Made by a program: the position numbers and the translations under genes. From an uncultured Cedecea sp. (GTDB taxonomy: Bacteria; Pseudomonadota; Gammaproteobacteria; Enterobacterales; Enterobacteriaceae), in assembly GCF_947498825.1 (NCBI RefSeq), contig NZ_CANMLV010000023.1:42459-66458 (forward strand): DNA of 24,000 nt. Reading direction: 5' to 3'. Below the pieces are notes generated by a model. That model saw nothing but the letters and a program-made list of their open reading frames with translations, did not search any database and had not been told where the DNA came from. This document shows positions 1 to 9,567 of the stretch, piece after piece. Position 1 is the first letter of the stretch; every line of letters begins with the position of its first letter.

Positions 1-936
1 CAGCGCAGATTGCTCATCGCTCGCGGGCTCCAGCAGTATCGTCAGATTCTTTTCAACGGCCGACAGTTCATTTTGCAGTGTCGCTAAATAGTCGCTGACC
101 AGTGCTTTCAGCGTGGCAGCCTGTGCAGCCGGAACGGCCAGGGTAGCAAAAGCTTCACGTGGGATAGCGTTACGCAACGTACCGCCACTCAGAGCGATTA
201 AACGTGCATCCAGCGCCGCTGCATGAGCGAATAAGAAACGTCCCAGCAGTTTGTTGGCATTGCCCAGGCCGACGTGAATATCACAACCTGAGTGCCCGCC
301 TTTGAGGCCTTTAATAGTTAATTTAAAGGTTTCAAAAGCCGCCGGAACCGCTTCACGAGTGACGGGTAGGGTGGTAATAAAATCAATGCCCCCGGCGCAG
401 CCCATATAAATCTCACCTTCTTCTTCTGAGTCGGTGTTGATCATAATGTCGGCTTTTAACCAGTTTGGCTGTAAACCAAAAGCACCGTCCATTCCGGCTT
501 CTTCGGTCATGGTGAGCAGGACTTCCAGCGGGCCGTGTTCCACGCTGTCATCGGCCAGGACCGCCAGCGCGGAGGACATACCAATCCCGTTATCTGCGCC
601 CAGGGTGGTACCGCGCGCTTTGACCCATTCGCCATCAACATACGGCTGGATAGGATCTTTGGTAAAGTCATGCTGAGTATCGTTATTTTTCTGTGGGACC
701 ATATCCAGGTGTGCTTGCAGCACCACTGTTTTACGATTCTCCATGCCCGGGGTTGCCGGTTTACGCAGTAAAATATTGCCGACAGTATCCCGGTCAGTAT
801 AAAGACCTTTTTCTTTGGCCCAGGACAGAATGTGTTCTGCCAGCTGCTCTTCATGATAAGAAGGATGCGGAATGGAACAAACTTTGGCAAAAATATCCCA
901 CAGCGGTTGCGGAGATAATTGAGACAATTCAGACAC
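1..936 (-). CDS. pepD: Aminoacyl-histidine (Xaa-His) dipeptidase PepD, N-terminal ~311 codons. The gene continues past the left window edge.
   Basis: Not in the ORF track, because it has a GTG start and runs off the window. Hand translation of the minus strand from 936 gives VSELSQLSPQPLWDIFAKVCSIPHPSYHEEQLAEHILSWAKEKG...LQAHLDMVPQKNNDT...RGTTLGADNGIGMSSALAVLAD...TEEAGMDGAFGL...NTDSEEEGEIYMGCAGG...KGLKGGHSG. This is collinear with E. coli PepD as I recall it. A GGAGAG Shine-Dalgarno lies 5 nt upstream of the GTG. The position divergent from gpt matches E. coli. Confidence 0.9.
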   Translation of the reverse strand, partial: MSELSQLSPQPLWDIFAKVCSIPHPSYHEEQLAEHILSWAKEKGLYTDRDTVGNILLRKPATPGMENRKTVVLQAHLDMVPQKNNDTQHDFTKDPIQPYVDGEWVKARGTTLGADNGIGMSSALAVLADDSVEHGPLEVLLTMTEEAGMDGAFGLQPNWLKADIMINTDSEEEGEIYMGCAGGIDFITTLPVTREAVPAAFETFKLTIKGLKGGHSGCDIHVGLGNANKLLGRFLFAHAAALDARLIALSGGTLRNAIPREAFATLAVPAAQAATLKALVSDYLATLQNELSAVEKNLTILLEPASDEQSAL

Positions 937-968
937 GTTGGCTCTCCCAGAATTCAATTTTTTAGCAG

Positions 969-990
969 GCCGGAAACCCTGTTATCCGGC
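969..990. repeat. REP-like short palindrome: GCCGGA-N10-TCCGGC, followed by TTATTTT on the + strand.
   Basis: A perfect 6-bp stem read directly from the sequence. It shares the motif GTTATCCGG with the hairpin at 20609-20632, and that motif resembles the 3' half of the enterobacterial REP consensus (CTTATCCGGCCTAC). Confidence 0.3.
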
Positions 991-1120
991 TTATTTTCAC
1001 TGTAAGCAGCGCTTACGCGATAGGTCGAGAATATCATTTTATTCTGTTCTGTGTGGGTTGAATGCCAGAAAAAACTGTTGCAGATAATCCGTGGCACTGG
1101 TTTTTAGGTCGCCAGCTATC

Positions 1121-1126
1121 TATAAT
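1121..1126 (+). promoter_or_regulatory. Candidate -10 hexamer for gpt.
   Basis: A perfect TATAAT lies 63 nt upstream of the gpt ATG. The -35 is poor (TGGTTT at 17-bp spacing). Pattern match only. Confidence 0.3.
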
Positions 1127-1189
1127 CTCGCGCAATCAAAAATTCTTTACCTATCTTTAAGCCGTGACTGAGCGGCCGGGGCACTACAC

Positions 1190-1651
1190 ATGAGCGAAAA
1201 ATACGTCGTCACTTGGGACATGTTGCAGATTCACGCCCGTAAGCTGGCACTGCGTCTGCTACCTGCTGAACAATGGAAAGGCATTATTGCTGTAAGTCGT
1301 GGTGGTTTAGTGCCTGGCGCACTTCTGGCTCGTGAGCTGGGAATTCGTCACGTTGATACTGTGTGTATTTCAAGCTATGACCATAATAACCAACGCGAAC
1401 TGACAGTTCTGAAACGTGCAGAAGGTGATGGTGAAGGCTTTATCGTGATTGACGATTTGGTTGATACAGGCGGTACCGCCGTCGCGATTCGCGAAATGTA
1501 TCCTAAAGCTCACTTTGTGACCATTTTTGCCAAACCTGCGGGTAAACCACTGGTTGATGACTATGTAATCGATATTCCACAAAATACCTGGATTGAACAG
1601 CCCTGGGATATGGGCGTGGTATTTGTGCCACCATTGGCCGGACGCGATTAA
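1190..1651 (+). CDS. gpt: Xanthine-guanine phosphoribosyltransferase.
   Basis: The 153-aa [23 protein letters not shown]...[33 protein letters not shown]... is near-identical along its length to E. coli Gpt as recalled. It carries the PRPP-binding motif [11 protein letters not shown]. Synteny with pepD and frsA supports the call. Confidence 0.97.
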   Translation: MSEKYVVTWDMLQIHARKLALRLLPAEQWKGIIAVSRGGLVPGALLARELGIRHVDTVCISSYDHNNQRELTVLKRAEGDGEGFIVIDDLVDTGGTAVAIREMYPKAHFVTIFAKPAGKPLVDDYVIDIPQNTWIEQPWDMGVVFVPPLAGRD

Positions 1652-1660
1652 TTTTCCGGA

Positions 1661-1685
1661 CAAAAAACTGCACATAATGTGCAGT
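1661..1685 (-). terminator. Hairpin with a T-run on the minus strand. Possible terminator for minus-strand transcripts leaving the gpt-frsA islet.
   Basis: Perfect 8-bp stem ACTGCACA/TGTGCAGT (1667-1685) with a 3-nt loop. A6 on the + side (1662-1667) becomes a T-run after the stem on the minus strand. Confidence 0.4.
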
Positions 1686-1700
1686 TCTGAAAAATAACCG

Positions 1701-1739
1701 ATACCCTGTCAGCATTATACTGACAGGGTATTTTATTTT
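1701..1739 (+). terminator. Rho-independent terminator of gpt.
   Basis: Perfect 12-bp stem ATACCCTGTCAG / CTGACAGGGTAT (1701-1712 and 1720-1731), a 7-nt loop, then TTTTATTTT. Confidence 0.85.
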
Positions 1740-1899
1740 GGGGTTGTCTTGATATTTATTTTGGCAAAAGATTATAGAAAATAATCAATGCCTGTTTCTT
1801 GATTTTCGTATATTGAAAAAATAACGCTCTTTATAAAGATAACCCGTTGAATAATTCAGTTGGCTTGACAATGAATTAAGATAATAACGACACATCAAT

Positions 1900-2237
1900 T
1901 TATTCAGTATTAGCACCAGGACCATCCCATATAAGTTGAGGTTTTAACTCCTCGGGAACTATAGAGAAAAGCTTTGAAATGTTTTTAATGTTACCATTAT
2001 AAAGCATGCTGATATCTTGATTGCAATTATGAAAATAATATTTGCAATGGTGGTTCAAAAAATGAATATCACCACTATCAATTTCATCTTTAGCCAGGAG
2101 ACGGTAAAATGAATCAGTTCCGTCTCATAGTATACAGAGCGCTCTTTGATTCGCCTGAATAAACTATGTGTGGCAATATTACGTAAATAAGGCAAAGATG
2201 AACTCAATATATCAAGATAAATTTCATTTTTTGTCAT
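1900..2237 (-). pseudogene. Frameshifted small gene of unknown function, ~112 codons if repaired.
   Basis: - Frame 1, from the ATG at 2237, reads MTKNEIYLDILSSSLPYLRNIATHSLFRRIKERSVYYETELIHFTVSWLK and hits a stop at 2055-2057.
- A second frame, open from 2124 down to the stop at 1900-1902, continues with protein-like sequence ...LLAKDEIDSGDIHFLNHHCKYYFHNCNQDISMLYNGNIKNISKLFSIVPEELKPQLIWDGPGANTE.
- The ATG-to-stop distance is 338 nt, which is not a multiple of 3. This is consistent with a single 1-nt indel somewhere in 2058-2124.
- I cannot assign a family from memory. Confidence 0.45.
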
Positions 2238-2654
2238 GCCAGGTCTCACTGCCATTGAGCCTGAGATTTAAGATATTAATTGTATACTTCCCTTTTTTAT
2301 ACCACCAGGAACCATTTTTAATAAAGAACCCAGCGGAGAAACCGATGCTTTGCTCTGAGGCGATTTTCTGTTCCGGCAGGAATTAACGTTCCCGTGGGGA
2401 GCGACCAGCGTGTGGTTTTTTTGCCCCCCGGCTGGACTTAAATCGCAACGTATTTTTTTACGCCCTCAGGCCATGCCGTGTGAATCTGTTATCAGCCTTT
2501 ATGTCAAATAGCCTCATAGTTCCTCAGGTATTAAACTGAGTAATATCGTCTCTGGTGCGTTACTGTCAGGAATATTCGGTGACTTTTAGGCTATTTGCTC
2601 GTTATCAGAGTACAATAACAGTAATTTCTTTCATTTACCGAGGCAGAACAACAG

Positions 2655-3902
2655 ATGTCGCAAGCCAATCTTAGTGAAACCTTATTCAAACCCCGTTTTA
2701 AACATCCGGAAACCTCAACCTTAGTGCGCAGGGCCCACTCGAATATGGCCTCTACTGTTCATTCTGCGCTGGACGGCGATACCGTTCCCCACTGGTATCG
2801 CATGATTAATCGCCTGTTATGGATTTGGCGCGGAGTGGATCCTCGAGATATTCTGGATGTTCAGGCGCGTATCGCTTGCACGCAAACGGAACGCACGAAT
2901 GATGAGTTGCTGGATACAGTCATTGGTTATCGGGGCGGTAACTGGATTTATGAGTGGTCCAAACAAGCGATGCTCTGGCAGCAAAGAGCCAGTAATGAAC
3001 AAGATGAAGAGAAAACAGGCCAGTATTGGCTGAAGGCGTCAACGCTTTACAGTATTGCCGCTTATCCTCATATAAAAGGTGATGCTCTGGCAGAACAAGC
3101 CCAGGTTCTGGCTAATCGTGCTTATGAAGAGGCAGCCCCACGCCTGTCCGGGGGGCTGCGTGAACTGTCATTCCCTGTTGAAGGTGGCGGAACAGTAACT
3201 GGATTTCTGCATATACCGCAGGAAGGCAGCGGTCCTTTCCCGACGGTACTGATGTGCGGCGGGCTGGATAATTTACAAAGTGATTACTACAACCTGTTTG
3301 CTGAATATCTGGCACCACTTGGTATTGCGATGCTTACGCTCGACATGCCCTCCGTTGGTTTTTCCTCAAAATGGAAACTGACGCAAGATTCCAGTTATTT
3401 GCATCAGCAAGTATTGAAAGCTCTGCCTGATATTCCGTGGATAGACCATACCCGGGTTGCTGCATTTGGCTTCCGTTTTGGTGCCAATGTGGCGGTACGT
3501 TTAGCTTATCTTGAATCACACCGCCTGAAAGCAGTAGCCTGCCTGGGGCCGATAGTACATACCTTACTGACCGATCCCAAACGTCAGGAGAAAGTCCCGG
3601 ATATGCTGATTGATGTCTTTGCCAGCCGTTTAGGAATGAATAATATTTCTGATGCTAATCTGAGTATTGAACTCAATCGCTACTCACTTAAAACCCAGGG
3701 ATTATTAGGACGTCGTTGCCCGACGCCGATGCTTTCAGGTTATTGGGCAAATGATTCCTTTAGTCCGGAAGAGGAATCACGCTTAATAACTTCGTCATCT
3801 GTTGACGGTAAGTTATTGTCGATACCTGTCAGTCCAGTGTATAAAAATTTCGACAAAGCGCTATTGGATATTGTTGAATGGATAAAGCATCGATTGAGCT
3901 AA
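2655..3902 (+). CDS. frsA: Fermentation/respiration switch protein FrsA (alpha/beta-hydrolase esterase).
   Basis: The 415-aa ORF starts [26 protein letters not shown] and contains ...[12 protein letters not shown]...[21 protein letters not shown]...[24 protein letters not shown]. It is collinear with E. coli FrsA as recalled. Synteny is gpt-frsA-crl. Confidence 0.95.
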   Translation: MSQANLSETLFKPRFKHPETSTLVRRAHSNMASTVHSALDGDTVPHWYRMINRLLWIWRGVDPRDILDVQARIACTQTERTNDELLDTVIGYRGGNWIYEWSKQAMLWQQRASNEQDEEKTGQYWLKASTLYSIAAYPHIKGDALAEQAQVLANRAYEEAAPRLSGGLRELSFPVEGGGTVTGFLHIPQEGSGPFPTVLMCGGLDNLQSDYYNLFAEYLAPLGIAMLTLDMPSVGFSSKWKLTQDSSYLHQQVLKALPDIPWIDHTRVAAFGFRFGANVAVRLAYLESHRLKAVACLGPIVHTLLTDPKRQEKVPDMLIDVFASRLGMNNISDANLSIELNRYSLKTQGLLGRRCPTPMLSGYWANDSFSPEEESRLITSSSVDGKLLSIPVSPVYKNFDKALLDIVEWIKHRLS

Positions 3903-3945
3903 TTTAAATGAGTATCTCAGGGTAAAATAATATAAGGAGAACTGA

Positions 3946-4347
3946 ATGACATTAGTGAACGGACATCCGCGAGGTCGGTTAATAAAAAAGTTTACCGATC
4001 TTGGCCCCTATATTCGTGAGGAGCAGTGCCAGGATTCTCGCTTTTTCTTCGACTGCCTTGCTGTCTGTGTTAATGCCAAACCTGCACCCGAAAAACGTGA
4101 ATTTTGGGGATGGTGGCTGGAACTGGAATCGCAAAATAATCAGCTGACTTACTGCTATCATTTTGGTTTATTCGATAAAAACGGCCACTGGACGGCGACG
4201 CCATCAGGTAGTCAGGAGATTGATAAGCAAGTAGAAAATACCTTACAGGTTTTCTTCAAACGCCTGAAAGAGCTGCTGGTGGCCTTAGATATTGAACTGG
4301 TTCCTTCAGAAGACCTGTCAGAAGAGACTAAGGCCCTGGTAGTTTAA
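3946..4347 (+). CDS. crl: Sigma-S (RpoS) binding factor Crl.
   Basis: The 133-aa ORF contains [15 protein letters not shown]...[30 protein letters not shown]...YHFGLFDK, which matches the conserved Crl core of E. coli. AGGAGA lies upstream of the ATG. It sits immediately after frsA, as in E. coli. Confidence 0.93.
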   Translation: MTLVNGHPRGRLIKKFTDLGPYIREEQCQDSRFFFDCLAVCVNAKPAPEKREFWGWWLELESQNNQLTYCYHFGLFDKNGHWTATPSGSQEIDKQVENTLQVFFKRLKELLVALDIELVPSEDLSEETKALVV

Positions 4348-4372
4348 TTCTGAGAGTGAGATATAAATAAAT

Positions 4373-4407
4373 AAGGGGCTCAAATATTGAGCCCCTTTCT
4401 GTTATTT
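4373..4407. terminator. Bidirectional Rho-independent terminator between convergent crl and phoE.
   Basis: Perfect 11-bp stem AAGGGGCTCAA / TTGAGCCCCTT (4373-4397). It is T-rich on the + side (TTTCTGTTATTT) and A/T-rich on the other side, which gives ATTTATTTAT on the minus strand. Confidence 0.8.
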
Positions 4408-4422
4408 ATCGACAAGCATCAA

Positions 4423-5520
4423 TTAGAACTGGTAGACCAAACCTAAAGCAACGGTATCATCGCTGTTCAGACCCAGCTTATTATCGCTCTTCAGCTGGTT
4501 GATTTTATAATCAACATAGGTCGACATGTTTTTGTTGAAATAATAGGTTGCACCAACATCGATATATTTAACCAGGTCAGCATCACCAATGCCATTCAGC
4601 TCTTTCGCTTTTGACTGAACATAGGAAATGGATGGACGCAGGCCAAAGTCAAACTGGTACTGAGCAACGGCTTCAAAAACTTGGTTCTTGTTAGCAGCAC
4701 CGCTGACGCTTCTGGAAACGTTATTGATAACCGCAGTACCTGATACCGGTGTCATATAGCGTGCTTCAGCATACATGGCAGCCAGGTAGATATCATTCTG
4801 GTTATATTTAAGTGAAGTACCCCAGGCTTGTGCTTTTTTATCACCGTTCCCCAGGAACTGAGATTTCTGAGTTGAGGTACGGCTGGAGGTCGTATAAGCA
4901 ACACCCAGGCTCACACCGCTATCGCCGATATCGTAGCTCAGAGAAGTACCAAAGCCGTCACCATTTTGTTTACTGGCGGAACGGCTACCTTCATTTTTGC
5001 CCTGGTATTGTAGACCGAATTTCAGGCCATCAACCAGACCAAAGAAATTGTTGTTACGGTAAGTGGCAACACCGGTAGTACGACCTGTCATAAAGTTGTC
5101 GGTTTTAACCAGTCCATCGCCACCGAACTCAGGTAATACGTCAGTACCTGCTGCGATATCGTACAGAATACCGTAGTTACGACCGTAATCGAATGAACCG
5201 TAATCACCGTATTTTAAACCGGCAAAGGCAAAACGTGTTTTACCGGCTTCTGAATCACTTTCTGCTTTGTTGCCTGATAACTGGTATTCCCAGCGACCAA
5301 AACCTGTCAGCTGGTCATTAATCTGAGTTTCACCCTTAAAACCAATACGGGCATAGGTTTTATCACCACGATCGGATTTATTATCGGTGAAATAATGCAA
5401 CGCTTTAACGCGTCCAGTCAGATCAAGTTTGTTGCCATTTTTATTATATATTTCAGCAGCCTGAGAGGCCTGCGAAGCAACTAAACCCAGTACCAGTATT
5501 GCCAGTGTGCTTTTTTTCAT
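4423..5520 (-). CDS. phoE: Outer-membrane general porin of the OmpC/OmpF/PhoE family. Phosphate-starvation porin PhoE by synteny and promoter.
   Basis: - 365 aa with a signal peptide, [27 protein letters not shown].
- Classic 16-strand porin motifs are present ([20 protein letters not shown], a PEFGGD L3 loop, and a C-terminal ...ALGLVYQF).
- It lies between crl and proB exactly like E. coli phoE.
- A Pho box and a TAAAAA -10 lie upstream (see the next feature). Confidence 0.85.
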   Translation of the reverse strand: MKKSTLAILVLGLVASQASQAAEIYNKNGNKLDLTGRVKALHYFTDNKSDRGDKTYARIGFKGETQINDQLTGFGRWEYQLSGNKAESDSEAGKTRFAFAGLKYGDYGSFDYGRNYGILYDIAAGTDVLPEFGGDGLVKTDNFMTGRTTGVATYRNNNFFGLVDGLKFGLQYQGKNEGSRSASKQNGDGFGTSLSYDIGDSGVSLGVAYTTSSRTSTQKSQFLGNGDKKAQAWGTSLKYNQNDIYLAAMYAEARYMTPVSGTAVINNVSRSVSGAANKNQVFEAVAQYQFDFGLRPSISYVQSKAKELNGIGDADLVKYIDVGATYYFNKNMSTYVDYKINQLKSDNKLGLNSDDTVALGLVYQF

Positions 5521-5590
5521 TTTTCATCCCAAGATGGTTAAAGCCTACAATTTGGTTCAAATCGTGGCGTTCCAGTAAAATTCATGGGAG

Positions 5591-5624
5591 TTTTTAGCCT
5601 GTAGAGATTAAAGATTTATGACAG
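5591..5624 (-). promoter_or_regulatory. PhoB-dependent phoE promoter: Pho box plus a -10 element.
   Basis: The minus strand reads CTGTCATAAATCTTTAATCTCTACAGGCTAAAAACTCCC. This aligns almost base for base with the E. coli phoE promoter as I recall it (CTGTAATATATCTTTAACAATCTCAGGTTAAAAACTTTCC). The Pho box is at 5607-5624 and the -10 TAAAAA is at 5591-5596. Confidence 0.7.
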
Positions 5625-5813
5625 AGTGCAAAAAAGTTCCGATCTATAAAAAAAATTTTATTAATCATCAAAATGTCATAAAAAAAGCGCAGCGTAGAAG
5701 ATCTTGTCCTTTTTCTTTCTGTTTTGTCTCCCGCCTGTTGGCAAGTTCTGTCAGTCCTGTTAAAACGTCAGATAGATTTTTTAAATTTTCCCATTTTGTT
5801 GAGACGGCAAAAA

Positions 5814-6917
5814 ATGAGTGATAGCCAGACGCTAGTGGTAAAACTGGGCACTAGCGTATTAACCGGTGGCTCGCGTCGCCTGAATCGAGCCCATATTGTC
5901 GAGTTAGTTCGTCAGTGTGCACAGTTGCATGCTGATGGCCATCGTATTGTTATTGTGACCTCGGGAGCGATTGCTGCCGGACGTGAACATCTGAATTACC
6001 CGGAACTGCCAGCAACTATTGCTTCCAAGCAATTGCTGGCTGCGGTCGGGCAAAGCCGCCTGATTCAGCTCTGGGAACAGCTGTTTTCGATTTATGGTAT
6101 CCATGTCGGACAGATGCTCCTTACGCGTGCCGATATGGAAGATCGTGAACGTTTTCTTAACGCTCAGGATACTTTGCGGGCGCTGCTGAATAACAATATT
6201 GTCCCGGTCATTAATGAAAATGATGCGGTTGCTACGGCGGAAATTAAAGTCGGCGATAATGATAATCTTTCGGCTCTGGTCGCGATCCTCGCTGATGCAG
6301 ACAAACTCCTGTTACTGACCGATCAGCAGGGACTGTATACCGCCGATCCGCGTAATAATCCCCTGGCTGAGCTGATAACGGATGTACATGTGATTGACGA
6401 TGCGCTGCGCGCTATAGCGGGTGACAGCGTATCGGGGCTGGGGACAGGCGGAATGGGGACCAAGCTCCAGGCTGCTGATGTTGCCTGTCGTGCAGGTATT
6501 GATGTCATTATTGCCGCGGGCTCCAAGTCTGGTGTTATCAGTGATGTGGCTAAAGGCTATGCGGTAGGAACACGCTTCCACGCTGAAACATCGCCGCTGG
6601 AAACACGTAAACGCTGGATCTTTGGCGCGCCTCCAGCGGGTGAAATCACCATCGATGATGGTGCTCTCACTGCACTGCTGGAACGCGGTAGCTCATTGTT
6701 GCCTAAAGGTATTAAAACAGTCGAAGGCAATTTCTCCAGGGGGGAAGTGATTCGAATTCGTAGCCTGAATGGACGAGATATTGCCCATGGCGTAAGCCGT
6801 TATAACAGTGATGCACTGCGACGTATCGCCGGACACCATTCTCAGCGAATTGGTGCCATTCTTGGCTATGAATACGGTCCGGTTGCTGTTCATCGCGATG
6901 ACATGATTGTTAAATAA
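5814..6917 (+). CDS. proB: Glutamate 5-kinase.
   Basis: The track ORF 5724..6917 begins at an unlikely upstream start. The internal ATG at 5814 gives 367 aa, [60 protein letters not shown]..., which matches E. coli ProB in length and sequence, including the C-terminal PUA domain. Confidence 0.97.
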   Translation: MSDSQTLVVKLGTSVLTGGSRRLNRAHIVELVRQCAQLHADGHRIVIVTSGAIAAGREHLNYPELPATIASKQLLAAVGQSRLIQLWEQLFSIYGIHVGQMLLTRADMEDRERFLNAQDTLRALLNNNIVPVINENDAVATAEIKVGDNDNLSALVAILADADKLLLLTDQQGLYTADPRNNPLAELITDVHVIDDALRAIAGDSVSGLGTGGMGTKLQAADVACRAGIDVIIAAGSKSGVISDVAKGYAVGTRFHAETSPLETRKRWIFGAPPAGEITIDDGALTALLERGSSLLPKGIKTVEGNFSRGEVIRIRSLNGRDIAHGVSRYNSDALRRIAGHHSQRIGAILGYEYGPVAVHRDDMIVK

Positions 6918-6927
6918 GGAGCAGAAT

Positions 6928-8181
6928 ATGCTGGATGAAATGGGCAAAGCGGCCAAAGAGGCCTCCTACCAGTTAGCTTTACTCTCTGCGCGTGAAAAAA
7001 ACCGCGTACTGGAAAAAATTGCCGAAGCGCTGGAAACTCAGGCGCACGAGATCCTGACGGTGAACCAGTTGGATGTCGACGAAGCCCGTAAAAATGGTTT
7101 AAGTGAAGCATTACTGGATCGTCTGCAGCTTACCCCCGCACGGTTAAAAAATATTGCTGATGACGTGCGCCAGGTCTGTAATCTTGCCGATCCAGTGGGG
7201 CAGGTGATTGACGGCGGATTACTGGATAGCGGTTTGCGTATTGAACGCCGCCGCGTACCGTTAGGTGTGATTGGCGTTATTTATGAAGCGCGGCCTAACG
7301 TCACGGTTGATGTTGCCGCTTTATGCCTGAAAACCGGTAACGCAGCGATTCTGCGCGGTGGCAAAGAGACCTGGCGTACCAATAATGCCACGGTAAAAGT
7401 AATTCAACAGGCTCTGGAAGCCTGTGGTTTGCCGAAAGCGGCTGTTCAGGCGATTGAGAATCCTGACCGCCAGCTGGTAGCGGAAATGCTGCGCCTGGAT
7501 CGCTATATTGACATGCTGATCCCTCGCGGTGGCGCCGGGTTACATAAACTGTGTCGTGAACAATCGACTATTCCGGTTATCACTGGGGGAATTGGTGTGT
7601 GCCATATTCTGGTCGATGACTCTGCGGAATTCGAACCGGCGCTGGATATCATTGTTAATGCGAAAACTCAGCGTCCAAGTACCTGTAATACGGTAGAAAC
7701 GTTGCTGATACATGAAGCGATCGCAGAAAGTTTCCTGCCAGTACTGAGCCAGCGTATGGCGAACAGCGGTGTAACTCTGCATGCGGATGAAAAGTCACTG
7801 CCAGCGTTGCGCAATGGCCCGGCAGCGGTTGAAGCTGTGAAAGATGCTGACTATCGCGACGAGTGGCTATCTCTGCATCTGAATGTGAAGATTGTCGCCA
7901 ATCTGGATGAGGCTATCGGCCATATTCGGGAATACGGCACCCAGCATTCTGACGCGATTCTGACTCGCACATTACGTAACGCGAACCGCTTTATTAACGA
8001 AGTTGACTCCTCAGCGGTCTATGTGAATGCCTCCACTCGCTTTACTGATGGCGCACAGTTTGGCCTCGGGGCAGAAGTGGCGGTCAGTACTCAGAAACTG
8101 CATGCCCGTGGTCCTATGGGCCTGGAAGCACTGACCACCTACAAGTGGATTGGCTTCGGGGATGACACTATCCGCGAGTAA
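6928..8181 (+). CDS. proA: Gamma-glutamyl phosphate reductase.
   Basis: The internal ATG at 6928 is preceded by AGGAG and gives 417 aa, [32 protein letters not shown]...[15 protein letters not shown]...[23 protein letters not shown]. This is collinear with E. coli ProA. It starts 10 nt after the proB stop. Confidence 0.97.
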   Translation: MLDEMGKAAKEASYQLALLSAREKNRVLEKIAEALETQAHEILTVNQLDVDEARKNGLSEALLDRLQLTPARLKNIADDVRQVCNLADPVGQVIDGGLLDSGLRIERRRVPLGVIGVIYEARPNVTVDVAALCLKTGNAAILRGGKETWRTNNATVKVIQQALEACGLPKAAVQAIENPDRQLVAEMLRLDRYIDMLIPRGGAGLHKLCREQSTIPVITGGIGVCHILVDDSAEFEPALDIIVNAKTQRPSTCNTVETLLIHEAIAESFLPVLSQRMANSGVTLHADEKSLPALRNGPAAVEAVKDADYRDEWLSLHLNVKIVANLDEAIGHIREYGTQHSDAILTRTLRNANRFINEVDSSAVYVNASTRFTDGAQFGLGAEVAVSTQKLHARGPMGLEALTTYKWIGFGDDTIRE

Positions 8182-8202
8182 TCTTTATCTTGTGGTTATT
8201 TT

Positions 8203-8240
8203 AACGATTAACGGCGTCTATTTGGACGCCGTTAATCGTT
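8203..8240. terminator. Bidirectional terminator hairpin between convergent proA and the CitMHS transporter gene.
   Basis: Perfect 16-bp stem AACGATTAACGGCGTC / GACGCCGTTAATCGTT with a 6-nt loop TATTTG. It is flanked by TTTT (5') and TTTTAA (3'). Confidence 0.85.
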
Positions 8241-8253
8241 TTAAGTGAGATAA

Positions 8254-9567
8254 TTAAAATAATCCCAATCCGTAACCGATACCGAGAGTAATAAAGCTAA
8301 ACAGCCAAATCCAGAGAAAGGAGTAGCGGATATGGCGTCCCATATCGACACCGGCAAGACCTACGGCGAGCCAGACTGCAGGAGAAAACGGGCTCACAAA
8401 GGTTCCCGCATTATTACCAATCGCCATCGCGTAAACCACATCTTGAGCGGATACGCCCACGCTTGCGGCAATATTCTGCACAATAGGTAACAGAGCAAAA
8501 TAATAAGCATCAGTGCTGGTGAAAATATCAAGCGGCACCCCTAAAATACCGATTGCGATATGGAAATAATGCACCATGCTGGAAGGAATAAGCACCAATA
8601 AATCACGGGCAATTGACTCCAGCATGCCGCCTTTCCCCAGCACGCCGAGAAAGACACCTGCGGAAAGAATGATCGCAGCCATGGTTAATGCCTGCGGGGC
8701 ATGATGACTGATCGTACTGACCTGATCTTTTACTTTCGGGAAATTAATGATCAGCGCTGCGGATAGTGCCAGCATAAAAATATAGGGGGCAGAAAGCAGT
8801 CCAAGGGCCAGACTGATTACCACAGCTAAGACCAGAGAAATATTAATCAGGAATTTTTTCGGTTTCTCTGAGCCAGTATCGTCATCGATTTCGTCAAATT
8901 GTCTGAGCAGAGAATCCTGCTCATAGGGTGTTGTTCCTTGTAATTCCGCCCGGACAATACGTTTCTTTTCACGCAAGCCAAACAGACCTGCTACCAGCAT
9001 TGAGGCCATAACACCCGTAATTTGTACCGGGATCAGTGGCTGCCATAATGCCGCAGCAGGAATGCCAGTAACGGCAGAGGCCCGTCCAAGAGGCCCTCCC
9101 CACGGCACCATATTCATTACCCCCATACTGGTGCACATAATCAGTAGCATCAAATAGGGGCTCATTCCTAGTCTGCGATAAAGCGGCAAAAAGGCTGGAA
9201 TGATAATTAAAAAAGTCGCTGCACCTGAACCATCAAGATGTACGGCGGCTGAGACCAGTGCGGTAACCATGGCGACAATAATCACATTTCCACGTGTGAT
9301 GCTAATCATCAGGCGAATAAAAGGATTGAAGATATGAAGATCTTTCATCAGGCTAAAGAATAAAATGCCAAACATAAACATAGCAGCAACGTTCCCCACC
9401 TTCTGAAATCCATAGTCAACAAAACCAGAAATATCAGAAATTGAGTAACCTGCTAATAATGCACCAAAAAGTGGTGTTACGGACATGGCAATTATGGGAC
9501 TGGTTTTCCCCATCATCAGTAGCATTACGATAGTAATAATAATTAACATTCCAATAATTGTCAGCAT
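8254..9567 (-). CDS. CitMHS-family (citrate-divalent cation:H+ symporter type) membrane transporter.
   Basis: A 437-aa polytopic membrane protein. The region ...VHLDGSGAATFLIIIPAFLPLYRRLGMSPYLMLLIMCTSMGVMNMVPWGGPLGRA... matches the conserved CitM/CitH block (LDGDG..T......LPLY.RLGM......M.PWGGP) as I recall it. AGGAG lies 8 nt upstream of the ATG. The substrate is not inferable from sequence alone. Confidence 0.8.
   Translation of the reverse strand: MLTIIGMLIIITIVMLLMMGKTSPIIAMSVTPLFGALLAGYSISDISGFVDYGFQKVGNVAAMFMFGILFFSLMKDLHIFNPFIRLMISITRGNVIIVAMVTALVSAAVHLDGSGAATFLIIIPAFLPLYRRLGMSPYLMLLIMCTSMGVMNMVPWGGPLGRASAVTGIPAAALWQPLIPVQITGVMASMLVAGLFGLREKKRIVRAELQGTTPYEQDSLLRQFDEIDDDTGSEKPKKFLINISLVLAVVISLALGLLSAPYIFMLALSAALIINFPKVKDQVSTISHHAPQALTMAAIILSAGVFLGVLGKGGMLESIARDLLVLIPSSMVHYFHIAIGILGVPLDIFTSTDAYYFALLPIVQNIAASVGVSAQDVVYAMAIGNNAGTFVSPFSPAVWLAVGLAGVDMGRHIRYSFLWIWLFSFITLGIGYGLGLF

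Noticed and set aside
434-965. Track ORFs 434..676(+), 507..890(-), 535..771(+) and 693..965(+).
   Set aside because: All lie inside the pepD coding region, either on the opposite strand or in other frames of the same strand. They translate to low-complexity, Cys/Trp/Arg-rich sequence with no SD. The pepD frame, which is missing from the track because of its GTG start and window truncation, explains the region.
2168-2386. A 72-aa + strand ORF in the gpt-frsA gap.
   Set aside because: It is antisense to the more protein-like minus-strand frames. It is Phe/Leu/Ile-rich AT-driven sequence with no SD.
5554-5563. GGTTCAAATC, a tRNA T-loop-like string in the phoE 5' region.
   Set aside because: The flanking bases cannot form a T-stem or an acceptor stem, and there is no anticodon arm. 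It is not a tRNA or a tRNA fragment.
5724-5813. N-terminal extensions in the track ORFs of proB (5724), proA (6907), uxaC (21275), sgcR (11117) and sgcX (15847).
   Set aside because: In each case an internal ATG with a good SD gives a protein matching the length and N-terminus of the E. coli orthologue. The extensions have no SD and run through promoter regions or upstream-gene sequence.
5618-5821. A 67-aa + strand ORF between phoE and proB.
   Set aside because: It overlaps the phoE Pho box and promoter. It is extremely AT-rich and Lys/Phe-rich, has no SD, and runs into the proB start. It is most likely a chance frame.
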